Positions 26,686 through 39,600 are shown, numbered from the stretch's first letter. The stretch is 64,000 nt of DNA from Tubulanus polymorphus (GCF_964204645.1 NC_134034.1:8258962-8322961), one strand, 5' to 3'. The notes: generated from the sequence alone by a model not told the origin. A program made the numbers and translations.

Positions 26686-27859
26686 TGTGAACCTAAAAAT
26701 CCGGAAAATAAGTCGGGGGGTCTGAGAATTTTTTGAAATTAAAACGCCAGGAGATGCGTTCTGGCGCGATACGCGTTATAGGCCTCACTTTCTTTACCGG
26801 AAGTGTGTATCAATTTTCACGTCTGTTAATTACAATCCAATGAAAATCTGTCGCTTGAAACTTTCAGTAAGCATTTTCTCAAAGGTTATACACTCACTCA
26901 CTCACCTTTTCCAAGATATGTCAATAACAACATTGTGTATAGATCATTTTTTCAAATAGCGATTGGTTACGTCAAATACACCTCATATATAAACCAGAGC
27001 CAAAATCAAACGAAGCGTCAGTCGATTTCGATCGTCGCTTCATCTTGGTTTAATCGTGTACTGCGGGGTTGTTGCCACTACGTGGCAGCACAATACGGCT
27101 TTTTCGAACCCTCTATGGAGCCGTTACGTTTTGATGTTTAGGGTCGAATCCCGAATTGATTTTATTTTTTCGCAAACAAGACCACAAATCTTATTGTTTA
27201 ACTTTTATTTCATTGTAACACTATATTTTCACGTTCGTTGACTTAAATGAAATAACACAAGAGTGGTACTAACAGTTAAAGTTATTTAAATAAAAAAACA
27301 ATAAGTTACTTTATCTAATACTAACTTATTTAACTTATTGTTTTTTTTATTTAAATCTTTTTGATTTCTATTCACGCTATCGGTTAACAAGAATTGACTA
27401 GAATTCAAATAGATTTAACAAGAAATTAAATAACTTTAACTGTTAGTACCACTCTTGTATTATTTCATTGTTTCTCTAATTGAATAAGCCAACTAACTAA
27501 TATCACTCTTGTATTATCCTAGTCAAATGTAAAGAATTACAATATCATATTTGAATAAATTAAAACATAAATTACTTCTGTGACTTCATTTTCAGAAAAA
27601 AGCATAATATGTACAAATACGTATTTAATACCATTAATACGTATTTGATACGTATTGAATATGTATTTAATACATTGATACGTATTTAATACGTATTTAA
27701 TACATTGATACCTCAACTCCCCTTTTTTAACATATATATAATTTACTCATTTTCATACATTTCAACTAATATATTTATATTTTCAGCTAATTTAACAGTT
27801 GATTTCTTATTTTGATTCATATAATTTTTCATCAAGTTCATGAATATACATGTGATTCC

Positions 27860-28114
27860 TTAATGATTTTTCATTTTTATATCTTTTATTACATATTCCA
27901 GAGCATTTAATCGATCATTCATTCGATCTGAAATATAATTTATATTTTCTTTCAATTCTGTATATCTAATTTTACAGCTATCATAGAATTCTAACAACTG
28001 TTTTATAGTATAAACTGAGAATGAAAATAAACCTGAAATCATAATAATTGATTTAATATTCTGTTGATTTTTATATATTAGATGTAATATTTCTAATACC
28101 TTATTTTCACTCAT
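27860..28114 (-). CDS. Small hypothetical protein with hydrophobic segment and coiled coil (frame stays open past the stop to ~27743)
   Basis: 84-aa ORF in stop-rich DNA. IIMISGLFSFSVY hydrophobic stretch followed by heptad-like sequence. Confidence 0.45.
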   Translation of the reverse strand: MSENKVLEILHLIYKNQQNIKSIIMISGLFSFSVYTIKQLLEFYDSCKIRYTELKENINYISDRMNDRLNALEYVIKDIKMKNH

Positions 28115-28161
28115 TTTTATAGTTAAAATATATAGAATAAATTAAATTAAAAGGTGCTGTT

Positions 28162-28383
28162 TTAATCCCCTAATTCTTTTAAATCATTAACTTTTTTATT
28201 GTTATTCTTTCTGAGATTGTTTCCATTTAACTTCTTTAATTTCTTGCTCAATTTTATATTTTCATTAATCAAATCCTTACTGATATTTTCATAGTAAAAG
28301 AAAAGCGCAGCCAAAATTAATCCTCCTGCTACTAAATAATGCTTCAAATCACTTTTCCCAGTTGGAATGCTGAAATCATCCAT
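28162..28383 (-). CDS. Small hypothetical single-pass membrane protein
   Basis: 73-aa ORF with YLVAGGLILAALFFYY transmembrane-like segment and basic tail. Confidence 0.5.
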   Translation of the reverse strand: MDDFSIPTGKSDLKHYLVAGGLILAALFFYYENISKDLINENIKLSKKLKKLNGNNLRKNNNKKVNDLKELGD

Positions 28384-28507
28384 TTATTTAAAGAAAAAAA
28401 TTAAAAGTAATTTGAAATATCTTATTTTGAATATGAATATTTAGAGTTGAATTATTATTTTTGAGTAATGATATTTGAAATTGTCCAATTACTCATACAG
28501 CTTAATC

Positions 28508-29151
28508 TTATTTCAATATAGAATTATTATTCTTTTCATATTCGATATGTTTGATTGTCTGATAATGCTTTGATTTATGTGATTTTAAATATTTGCCACC
28601 ACAATAACAATACACTTTTTCATTAGGATTGAATTTTCTAAATTCATCATCTAAATTACATTGAACTGCAACATCTTTATAAGAATTATTATTATATAAT
28701 TCACATTGAATACCAATATTTGATGAATTTTAATTATTGATGATTTGTTTATTATCAAAATTGAAATAATATAATTGTCTTTTTTCAATTCTTAAGTTAA
28801 TCAAATCATTGTAATCTTTAGAAAGTATTATATCACTTTTTCTTTCATTGAAAGGAGTTTTAAGAATATTTATTATGTTTTCATTTTAGTGAACATTTTA
28901 GGATTTTTAACACCATTATCAAAAGTATCTACTAGTTCAGTAATTAAATATGTTTCATTTGATGATATTTGATTAATCATAGTAATGTTATCAATTTTAT
29001 AATACCTTGCGGACACTAAATTTGTTGCTGAGATATAATTTTTAATGTTAAACTGTGAAAATAATTTATTGGTTTCTTTTATTTCGATTTTGAATTTGGG
29101 TTCTTCTTCTTCTGTCTTCATTTTTATAACAAAACTTCCATTAAAACTCAT
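28508..29151 (-). pseudogene. Disrupted ~210-codon ORF with C-terminal zinc-binding motif
   Basis: ORF 29151-28873 continues after one frameshift and one stop into ...EKVYCYCGGKYLKSHKSKHYQTIKHIEY...* (manual translation). Confidence 0.5.
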
Positions 29152-29361
29152 TCAAATATAAATATTCAATGTTAAAATATGAATTATTTTACTCACACTT
29201 TTATATTCTTTTAATTATCCATTTATTTTACTTTTTATTCGAAATCTGTTAAAATATAAATTATTTCTCACACTTTACTCACACTTTTGTAATTAACATA
29301 TAAATGATTATAAAAAATATAAAATTCATGTAAATAATGTTCATTTATATGAATATTTTAA

Positions 29362-29459
29362 GAGTAATAGGGATAATAGGGGTTCAAGTTAAAGGTTGAA
29401 GGCGAGAGTGTGCTCGACCCTTCGACCTTTGGCCCGAACCCCTATTATCCCTATTACTC
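29362..29459. repeat. 98-nt hairpin palindrome
   Basis: Perfect 24-bp outer stem GAGTAATAGGGATAATAGGGGTTC/GAACCCCTATTATCCCTATTACTC, imperfect inner stem. Confidence 0.92.
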
Positions 29460-29609
29460 ATGTGGCACCCGAACACCGCTTCTGACCCTTCGGTACAGAA
29501 ACACCGTTTGACATCTTTACTGATATTTAAGTACACTTTTGATACAGTAATAAAACGAAGTGTTAAAATTATATATATTATATTTTTATCAATACGAAAT
29601 CAAACGACA

Positions 29610-30279
29610 AACAAGGCAATGCGATACTACGTACCTATGTCCCCCGCGATAGCCAGTAGGGAATGAATGACCCCCGCAGACACTAATGTTTGGTATAGAA
29701 AAATGATGAGTGTATCCAGGGATAACCATACTATGAAATATCATTTTCCTGCTATGAATGGTTATTTAAGAATTGAGTTTACAGGGTTTTAGGCAAAAGA
29801 CGTCTACCAACCTTGACCTTTGACCCTAGAACTCCAAAATCACTAATGCACATCCTCTCCCCAGGGGTTATCATACTATGAAATAGCATTGTTCTGTTAT
29901 CAATGGTTCTTCTTGGATCGTGTTTACAAGGTTTCATATGAATGATATCTAGTGACCTTGACCTTTTTCCCCAAAATCAATAGGGCACATCCTTTCCCTA
30001 GGGGTAATCATGCGATGTAATATCATCGTATTGCTATCAACAGTTCTTTCTGAATCACATTCACGACACAAGGTTTCACATGAATGACCTGAAGTGACCT
30101 TGACCTTTGATCCTAAGAGCCCAGAATCAATAGGGCACATCCTCTCCCTAGGGGTAATCATACTGTGTAATATCATAGTCCTGTGATCAACGGTTCTTCT
30201 TGAATCGCGTGCGCAAGCTCATGCGGACGGACGGAGGCGGATACCATGTCCCCCGCTCGCAGCCTACGGGGGACAATTA
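29610..30279. mobile_element. HINE family C with ~142-bp internal repeats
   Basis: AACAAGG start, ATGTCCCCCGC near both ends, (CGGA)n, terminal TGTCCCCCG..CGGGGGACA hairpin, GTGACCTTGACCTTT units. Confidence 0.8.
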
Positions 30280-32119
30280 CACCACGAGATATAAAACAGA
30301 TCTCAGGCCTATGGACAACCCGGAGGGGACTAGCGTGAATTTTCCAAAATCGGAATTCATGAAAAGAACGATCTCACCGAGAGCTGAATGAACAATCAGC
30401 GATTCCCCACTGTTTTCCTTCTATTGTTACCATACAAAGGTCCACACACGAACGTCTATCGGGTTGATTTAACCCGATTTTCCAACCACACAAAGAACGA
30501 ACCCAACGCACGTCCCCGCCAGTGAAAAAAAGATGGCGGTTTCAGATAGAGGGCGCGCACACTCGGTTTCAAAGTTGTTAATTCCTGGCAGGTTTTCCGA
30601 CCAAGCTAGTGTTGGCTATGTATATTTTTACAGGGAATGCATTGACGGAAATATGGGTGCAGAAACGAAGCATTGTTTCTTCGCTCATTTTCGGTGCATT
30701 TCTGCTCAGTACATTTCGACACAAAAACGAAGCAATATATTTTTGCATTGTGTATTGCATGGAATTTTCTTAACTTGACCCGAATCAGCCACCATACATT
30801 AGTGCCAGTAAACTGGGAGCCTGCAAACTGGGTACTGCGTGAAAAATTTTCTAAACAAACATATTTATTATTACACATAGATCTAGCGTCTAGGAATAGA
30901 GGGATGAGTCAAGAAAGGGTTAGCCATTCACCAGGCTTCTGGAAGGAATGCATAACTCTTTACTTGGGAATTCAATCAAGATCTTTTACAATGACATGTT
31001 TTCTCACCATTTATGAGTCTGGTTGTAAGTATGCAAGCAAAATTTTGTCTAAAGCAATGAAGAGATATCCGTTTTCTCCCTACCAGCAAGTGCCCTTTAA
31101 ATCAAGATTGATTCCTCCTGTTTAGAAATATTCATTTCAAGTGACCACTCAGTGGTTTGATTATGCAGACTGTCTAATTAAATCAATCAACACGTAGAAC
31201 CAAAATATAGCTAGAGTAATTATTTACGAGTAGGCCTACTCCTAATTATATTTTTGGGAATCATATCGTACATACAGTTGAAGGAATTACTGTCATCTAG
31301 AGGAAATAAGGTAGCGCAATTATCAAATTTGTCAATGAAATCTTTAGTTGTTCATAATCAACGAAACGATATTCATTTAATTTGTTGTAAGATTCAACAT
31401 GGGGGATTTTCATTTACATTCATATACGTATCTCCTGTCCTTACCAGCTATACATGTCTATAAAAGTGCAAAATACTATCATTATTACGTGTATTATCAA
31501 TTCACAAAATAAATGCATTGGTGGGTAAAGGTGAATAAACCACTATCTCTTGACCAAAAATATCAAATGGGGGTGAATGGACAGGGACAGCTAAGGACTG
31601 TGAAATAGATTTGGAGATGGAATGGACTGCCAAACTATTTCTTTGTAAAATTGGATTACCTGGGACCAGGGAGGGGTTTCATCTTATAGATTGGTGACTG
31701 CATAAATGGGATATTTCTATTTAGGCTAAAAAATGATACCTTGTTTCTCCGATCGGCTTGATCATTTTGTAAATTGCAACAAAATTTGTTATCAGTTCAT
31801 TTCTACAGCTGCCAGGTCTGTTCTTGTCAGCTTGATCGTGATTTAAAAAGATGTTACGTGCAGGCTAGATCGGTGGCTGGCCGAGTCAACTTTTAAGCTC
31901 AGCAGAAATGAGAAAAAAGGTATCAATTTTTTTTCCAGCCGAAAATAACATTTTTGAAAAAGAAAAATTTCACGGTGATGAAAACAAAACCCATGCACCA
32001 TTCCTACAAATCACAGTGAACAGTACATGCAATTGTATTGGATTTCAAAGAGTACCCTTTCGGCAAAGTAGAGCGATCGAAAAACTAAAAAATAGATGTA
32101 TGCATCCCGGATAACTCAC

Positions 32120-32216
32120 CGAAAAATGGAACTGGATTAGCAAGTTTAGCACAGGTGTCAATATAATCCCAATCAGCTGATCTCGTATATCGTTGTTGTC
32201 TGCTACGTCCATGCAT
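32120..32216 (-). CDS. DUS3L: DUS3L exon 7 ([19 protein letters not shown]...PFF+G)
   Basis: TAG/GTGAGT sites, 97 nt. HGR..QRY..ADWDYI Dus motif. Not in the ORF track; read manually. Confidence 0.93.
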
Positions 32217-32892
32217 CTATAACGAAAACTTAAAGCTTATTATCTCATATTCTGACTTAACAGTGTTTTCATTAATCATTTTAGCCGTCAGGTCATTAAG
32301 TAAAACAGCAGGGTCTCGAACAACTTTGACCGAAGTCCAAAACGGGTTCATAGATGTAAGGCTATAGGAAATATATAAGCACTTAAACACAGTTTTTCAA
32401 ACCTAAGCAAGCACTTTTTACAAGAAAATCAGGCTAGAAAAATGAATTTCACTGCAATTGACTGCCTATCTCATGTAAAATTCACTGCCAACTGCAGCAA
32501 CTTTTTAAGAAATTTGCAATTTTATGAGCCAGTGACCAAATGCCTATACTAAGGCCCTTTGAATTGGTTGGAGTAGGCCAACTGATTTTACCAGCATAAA
32601 TGAAAGGTTGAAGGAGAAATAAAACTGGTTTACTGATTTACAATCTTATATAAAATATATTGATTTCTAAGATCACGGATCTATCAAAATGGAGGGATCA
32701 TAGCTTCCTTCTTTTGGTATTTTCCACGTAAAATCTTTGATGGACTGCAGAAAAATAAAAAATGAAAACGGGATTGGATTGAATTCCAATGAGGAGAAAT
32801 CTTACTTTTTTGAAATTATCATAAATAGATCATAATTCAAGACATAAATATCAGGAAAAAGTTGGTTTTAAAGTTAGATATGATATATTCAA

Positions 32893-33241
32893 AGGGGATC
32901 CGTGCTCCAAGTGATTAAAAAAGCCTAACATGTGTCCCCTTGAACCAAGAAATTTGTATGAAAACCCCGGAAAATCCGTCAATGGACACGATCACCGCAA
33001 TATCACACACAACTGCATGATGATTTATTATGGTTATTTGTGCTAGTGGGTTTTCCCCAATGATTGAAAATAGACACCTTCCGTACAACAGCGAACAGAA
33101 ATCAATACAATTCATATACCTCGCATTAAACATCGTCACACTGTTGCCAAGATTTCCATCATTACAAAAACAATCATTAAATTGGAGGCCCTAAACCGAT
33201 TTTGAAGACTATAGCTGAATTCAAAGCCTTGGATTCCCCTT
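32893..33241. mobile_element. Possible Kolobok-like MITE
   Basis: AGGGGATCC / GGATTCCCCT ends with TCAA and TTAA flanks. Confidence 0.35.
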
Positions 33242-33898
33242 TTAATAATTCAACGGTTGCAAGGCCCGCTACGAACGCAATCCTGAAGCAACAGCCAACA
33301 TGCGTGGCACTTCCAGCTTCGCTTACAGCTGATTGGAACATTGGCAATTTCTTGGAAAACTTTAACTAGGCCACGCGCGTCGAGGCGCGTTTTTCTCGTA
33401 GCTAGCAATAGTGAGTCAAACCAAGCGCGGCAGTAGTTGTGAGTGATGCGTGTGTGAAGCATATATTCACAAATACTTCTCACCAGAAGTCGTGCTAATA
33501 GCCGACAAAATCCATTTGGGAACGATGTCAAGTTGCAAAAATCAGCAGTGCCTAAAAGGACTGACAGACGGGTCCAGGACCCAACACCCGGCTATTAATG
33601 ATAACATTGCTTAAATAAATCGCCCATGGGCAAAGTGTGGTTTACCTTGAAAGCTAGATGTTGTTTGGAATAAGGGCATTGCTTGAAAAATCTTTTCAAT
33701 TCGTGACCTCAAAGTTCCACAAGTTTGTATTGTATTTTATCTTTCTTAAAGAATTATTTTGTAGTCAAATAAGACCAAAGATATACATTTGTTTACGGTC
33801 CACGTCCAAATTTTTGTAGGGTACAAGTAGGCGCGGCAGGAAAACTATTTTATATTTTCAAAAAGATATGTTTCACAATATGAAAAAATATTCAAATA

Positions 33899-34462
33899 AG
33901 GCCATCCCAAATAATTGTCTGTTTGCCGACTCAACTTTTCAGGATGAGTCGGTAGGTGGGTTTTTTTGCAAAAATTTTGGGCAAAAATTTTTCACCTTTG
34001 GGCTTTTTTACATGGAAAAAATATCGCAAAAAATCATCTACGTTGTGCACGGGAAATTTGTCTAATAGCGTAGATTTCAAGAATTATTCTAAAATTATAA
34101 CTTCGTCCAGAGCGTCATCTCTATGTTAAAAATGAAACAGTACATTGAATATGTGCGCGCTTTTACGTTACCAGCTTTGAAAAAATATAGTCACTATTAG
34201 AATGAATGGCAGCTTATTGGAACACTGCCAGTTTCCTGGAAAACTTAAACTAGGCCACATGTCAAGGCATGTTTTCACACGATGCACACTTGAATTCAAA
34301 CATACGTAGCTCATATGTCGGCAGTGTGTCGGTCGGTCGGTCGGCCGTTTTTATAAAAAAATAAATTTATTTCAATGAATCCCAGAAAAAAGTTTTCACT
34401 CGGTACCTTTGAAATCGGGTCGGTCGGGTTACGGCAAACAGACCATTATTTTGGGATGGCCT
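33899..34462. mobile_element. Tourist/Harbinger-like MITE
   Basis: AGGCCATCCCAAATAAT..TCTGTTTGCCG pairs with CGGCAAACAGA..ATTATTTTGGGATGGCCT. TA(A)-type flanks. Confidence 0.6.
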
Positions 34463-35222
34463 TAAATTCATATGATGTCACATATCAGAGGGTGGCTGAA
34501 TATTGGATCTTGGAAACCTCTTCCAATGTTGGCCACGGAAGCTAGAATACCGGTACAGAAGAAATCAGCTATTAGATTAAAAATCCTGGAATTTACCACT
34601 ACAATATTCAGACCTCGACAGACCTTATAGTTTGCTGCTTAGTATTTTCAGGTCATAAGAAATTACAATTCATTACAAATTCTATCAAACAGAAAACGTG
34701 CACGTGGAGGCCTCGTGTAAGTGAATATTCGCTTACACCTCAATTTCAATCAAAACAATCACCGGGTATTAAAATGAAACAATACCTATGGCGGATGTGT
34801 GCAATAATTACATCCTCACCAGCAATGAGCATTTGAAATTCGCACGTATACGGCACCTAGTCCAATGAAACGTACGCCATTCTATGGCTTTCCCATTATT
34901 ATTTTAGTAGCGCCAGAATTCCCCGTATATCCCAAAAACAGCCAATCCCATTCGCTCGTAGAGACGACGCCCCCAATCGAGGTCATTGCAATTTTATACG
35001 CAAGAGCTAAGAATTTTCCCGCCAAAAACAGTTTTTTGTAGAATTTTAAATCAGTTGACCATGTCATCGACAGAGGTTCGTCATGTCTTCAATCGCATCG
35101 ATTATACGTCGCTTAACCCGAGAACCAATGAAAAAAAATGCTCACATAAAAAAACGTACCGCGATTTTACATGAATTGGCTCAATGCCAACATCATATCG
35201 CTGACAAAGGTAAACCAAAAAC
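33985..35222 (+). repeat. ~1.2-kb duplicated segment, copy 1 (copy 2 at 41071-44063 carries later insertions)
   Basis: Colinear high identity across several unrelated repeat fragments. Confidence 0.85.
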
Positions 35223-35525
35223 CCACATACATGTATATTTGTGTTGATATTTCACAAAAATGCGTAAATATGAGGCTGAAAACTGCAGACTTGAATAAAC
35301 CGTTTCAGTGCACAAATCAGTGAATAACTTAGCTAAAAATAAATACATATATAACCAATATCAATTTGATAATCAACTCTAATGAAAGATGGCCGCAACC
35401 TTTCAAAAATTGTGAAATATTAGAAACTTAAGATATACTATCGTACAGCAGTATAGATGTAATACAGCAATGTGTCCATTGCACAACGCACTGGAATTGA
35501 ATTTTCAGATATATGAACTACCTCC

Positions 35526-35736
35526 AAGGCGCGGATGCAGGATTTGCAGGGGTTCATCAAAAATGTTAATGGTAAACTGCCGACTAAAATCTCTAATGAT
35601 AGGGGGTTTATACGGCATATCATTTGGCCAAACATAAGATCATATGGTACTGGCTTTTTCTTGAATACAATTCCTCATGACGATCAAAAATATTTTTGCT
35701 ACGACCCATGAAACCTCCCCTCTGGATCCGCGCCTG
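35526..35736. mobile_element. Small hAT-like MITE
   Basis: AGGCGCGGATGCAG / CTGGATCCGCGCCTG ends with CCTCCA on both flanks. Confidence 0.5.
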
Positions 35737-36133
35737 CCTCCAGCACTTAATAGTTAGAATTAATCAGCACTGAAAGGGTTAATAACCAAACAGAGGTTCA
35801 GCTAGCACCCTTTAAGTTATCAGTGTAATCGTGGTTATGGATTTTGATGGCCATCATCTACAGCGGACTACTCCTTAGTCAGTACCGCTTATAATCTTGG
35901 TGTCAATGGTAATTACTGAAGTTAAAACGCTGTGGGCTCAGTGAGTTGAATATGCAACTAAATGGAAAGAAACCATTCCAAGCATGACAATTCAATCAAA
36001 TGATGTTTGAAATATCCTGTGGTTGTACAAGGTAATTATCTATTGAAGGCATCTGATACATACATTGTACTTGGAATCATATTTGAATTTGATATGAGAA
36101 ACTTACATTTTCCAATCAATTAGCTGAACTTAC

Positions 36134-36310
36134 CGTGATGAGAGATATTCCAGAGTCACGTAACATTGGGATAAGATCATGCGCTGTATTGTCATTTTCC
36201 TTCACCCCTGTTCGTAATTTAACTGTCAAAGGTATATCCATCACAGATGTCATACCCTTTATGATTTGCCTAAACCTGCTCATCCTGGTCATTAAAGCGG
36301 ATCCAGCACC
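36134..36310 (-). CDS. DUS3L: DUS3L exon 6 (GAGSALM...TVKLRTG...SLIT)
   Basis: CAG/GTAAGT sites, 177 nt. GxGSAL and TVKxR Dus motifs. Confidence 0.95.
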
Positions 36311-36351
36311 CTGCAATGCAAATGAGAACAATACAATAACATGTGAAAAAT

Positions 36352-37340
36352 AACTAGGGGTCCGGGGACACCATGCCCACTTGGGAAGTGGTTTCAAATG
36401 CTCAACGATCGAACAATTTCAATATTCAACGCCCCCTGGTGACCATATACAAAAACCAATGACCTTGAAACTCACCACAATCATAGAACATGTCAGCAGC
36501 TACGATTTTGTAATGGATTGTGATAACAAAATATGATTCGTTACAAATTTAATATGGAAATTCTAAGTTATTCTACTATTCAACACCCCCTGGTGACCAT
36601 ATTAAAAAACCCAATTACTCACCACAATCATAGAACATGTTATGAACTACGATTTTGCAATTGATCATGGTAACAAAATATGCCTAGGTTCCAATATAAT
36701 AAGGAAATACTAGGTTATTCTACTATTCAACTTTTTCCCACCTACGAATGAGTACTGGTGACACCAAGATGGCCGCCAATTGCGTCATAATTGGCTTATC
36801 AAAAATACCTGTCTCAGGTATAAAATATCCCATTCTAAAGAATACCCATCAGCAAATGCAATGAGAAATGGCAAACCAGTAGGAAGCCACAGGACTCAGA
36901 ATTCGGGCCAACATTGACATTTTTGGGCACTTAAAAGGTCCAAGGACAACCATTGTGAGACCGATCGACCCAATTTTTGTTATGCTGATGGGCCCTGGGG
37001 GGGGGGGGGGATGGTTTCAAATAAATACGAAAGATCAAGGAAATTGGTAGAGGCGTCTTCAAATTTTCCCTCAAAAAGCTCAAAAACGTGTAAAAAGTAA
37101 CGATTTTGGTGAACAATGACTGCCAGTCGGCCATCTTGATTCTGAAAGGGCCAGTCTTTGGGCTGAAGATGTGTCTAGGGTAGATACATGTATAAACCAA
37201 ATATCAAGACATTACCTTGAAGCATCTTCAAAACTTCCCAAAATAACTGGATTCCGTCTACGGATGGACAAACGGACGGACGAGGGACGAAAAATGAACG
37301 CAATAGCCCGCTGGGACTTAAGTCCCTAGTGGGCTAAAAA
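36352..37340 (-). mobile_element. HINE-A copy
   Basis: Both diagnostic ends and about 2 array units. Ends ~40 nt from the exon 6 acceptor. Confidence 0.88.
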
Positions 37341-37897
37341 TATACAAATAGGGCCTACTTGCCACAGGATTCTTCGGATATCTAGCATGCAACATCACTA
37401 AGATCCACTATTTTGGTGAGGTCAGCCCAGTAAACCGGGATCCCATTAGTCTGGGGATCTGTTAGTCCTGGATGTAATGGTAAGTTTATTTTGGGATCAC
37501 TAGAGGATTTCCATTATGAGGTTATGGCGTTATGGTTATGGCCATTATGGCGTTCACACAACGTTATTCAGACCGGTCCAAATTGGTCCGGGCTACGATC
37601 TAATGTTGATGCGTCCAAATATATCATAAACTGCATCAAAATTTTCCAAATTTGGACCGGTCAAGGTGCGGACCCATTTACACCAGTGTAACTAGTTGTC
37701 GTGTGAACGCGGCTATAGTGTTGTATCCAGAGGGATCTTTTATCTATATTTTCTTTGATGTACCTTACCATAGACAGATGAAAATAAGAAACGAAATTCT
37801 TAATATGGACCTTCCTAAATTCACATGAGTGCATGTTAAATCAGCATCAAAATAAAATATTGGTTCTCGAGATAAGAAATTATAAGCAGAACAAATG

Positions 37898-39211
37898 AAC
37901 AAGAGCCCGAAGGGGCACTATGGCCAGCCTGTCAGCTTTTCATGAAATGGCAAATGATGCATTCTGTGGGTTGAATTTGTCCAAATACACTCCCAGCTCA
38001 GAATAGTCGATCCCAAGCTAATAATTTACACAATTCAAATGTGTTTTCAAAAGTAGCACAGACAGCGACTGGAGCTGGCAGGAACAAATACCTCAGATAA
38101 ATCTTTTCCCTTAGTTTTATTGATTTGAATGCGGAATAGAATTGAATTTTCTGAAATTTGCTCAATAAAACAAAATTGAATTGGATTTGATATTTTTGCC
38201 GAATAAAATTTGATTGAATTTGCAGTTTGAGCACATGGCTAATTAGCATATCAAGGTCATCTATCCGATTTGAGAAAAAGCTATTTCCCCAGACTTTGCA
38301 CAATTGTCAATGATGTTTTCTGTAGTGCAAATAAAAATATTCTTCCCAAAAACCAAATCAACTGAAGATTTCACAGAAATCGATATGGAAATACAATTTC
38401 AGATCTTAAAACCAGAAAGAAACTTTCCATGATGGGTTTCTGTGTAATTGTTTCTGTTTCATTCACCGAACTCGCTGTCAAAAAGGCGATTCTCGATATA
38501 AATAGTAATGGGTTTTCCCCGCGGGATACCCGCTTTTGGAAAGGCACCTGAATCGATGCTACGAGTTTGAATCCCAATATTTAGACGTAATTTATTATTC
38601 TTTGAAATAAATTCTTAGAATTTCTATTTATGATAGGATGTGCAGGTTTGGTTTGATTTGGTAATGATGTTAATAAAAGTTAACCTCTTAAGGTATTGTT
38701 TTCTATCTATTATTTGTGACGGATTAGTTTCGATGCTCCTCACAACCCGCCCCACCACGTGTCACTTATTCACGGACGCGCGGATTGTATCATTTGTAAT
38801 AGGTCTACCACATGAAAGAGTCCATGGCCTGCCGTAGAATAGTAGGGCCTACCGATCACGCTATGTGCGATGAAAGTAGTGTTTGAAAAACGTCAGACGA
38901 AACCCATCAATAAAACCCGGACGTAAAACGGTAGACGATACAGCAGGTTCACGTGAACATCTGCTGCTGATCTCTGCGGCTAAGCCAATCATAGAGGAGT
39001 CTTTGCTTTCTGATTGGCAGATATTTTGGCAATCAGATTTTCTTGAAAAAGCTCATATAAATTTAAACGAGGCCCTCTTTCAAAATTCAGCTTCATAGGG
39101 GTTGGAGAATGGATAATGCTCTAATGAATGAATTGTATGAATATATGCTCAGTTACACAGTCAGAGCCTTTATTCTGGAAACCATGTCATTTAAATTCGC
39201 TCCATTTGTAT
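37898..39211. mobile_element. Repeat family B, copy 2 (with an extra ~500-bp internal segment)
   Basis: Homologous to 312-1164. Confidence 0.7.
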
Positions 39212-39600
39212 CTGTCTATTGATAAGATCTCCATCACACACGACTGCATGCTGATTCATCATGAATATGAATATACATGGACATGGCAATGGGTTTTTCC
39301 CACACTCTCCATGTTCATGGTGTGACGATTTCTATACACTGTGTATGAAGTAAGTTAGACAATTTATTTTTGTAATTGAACAATTTCCAAGATTCACTCC
39401 CCTCTTTACCAGTTTTACAGGCCTTCTATAAAATTCACTGCATTTCACGACCGGCCGCAACGAACCCTGGCATTTGAATCATTTGCAGTTTCCAAGAAAA
39501 CTTTAAATAGACCACACGACGCGCACTTTTCATATACATGCACAGTTCAATATACCGGGGTAGCACATAGCAGCGAGTATATGTGTCATGCACGTGTGAA

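Larger units (their letters stand above)
27243..29460 (-). other. Very AT-rich, intronless, virus/Polinton-like gene cassette (decayed)
   Basis: About 20% GC in sampled lines. Three tightly packed minus-strand ORFs, a CxCGGKY..H..TxKH motif, and hairpins at both borders. Confidence 0.5.
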
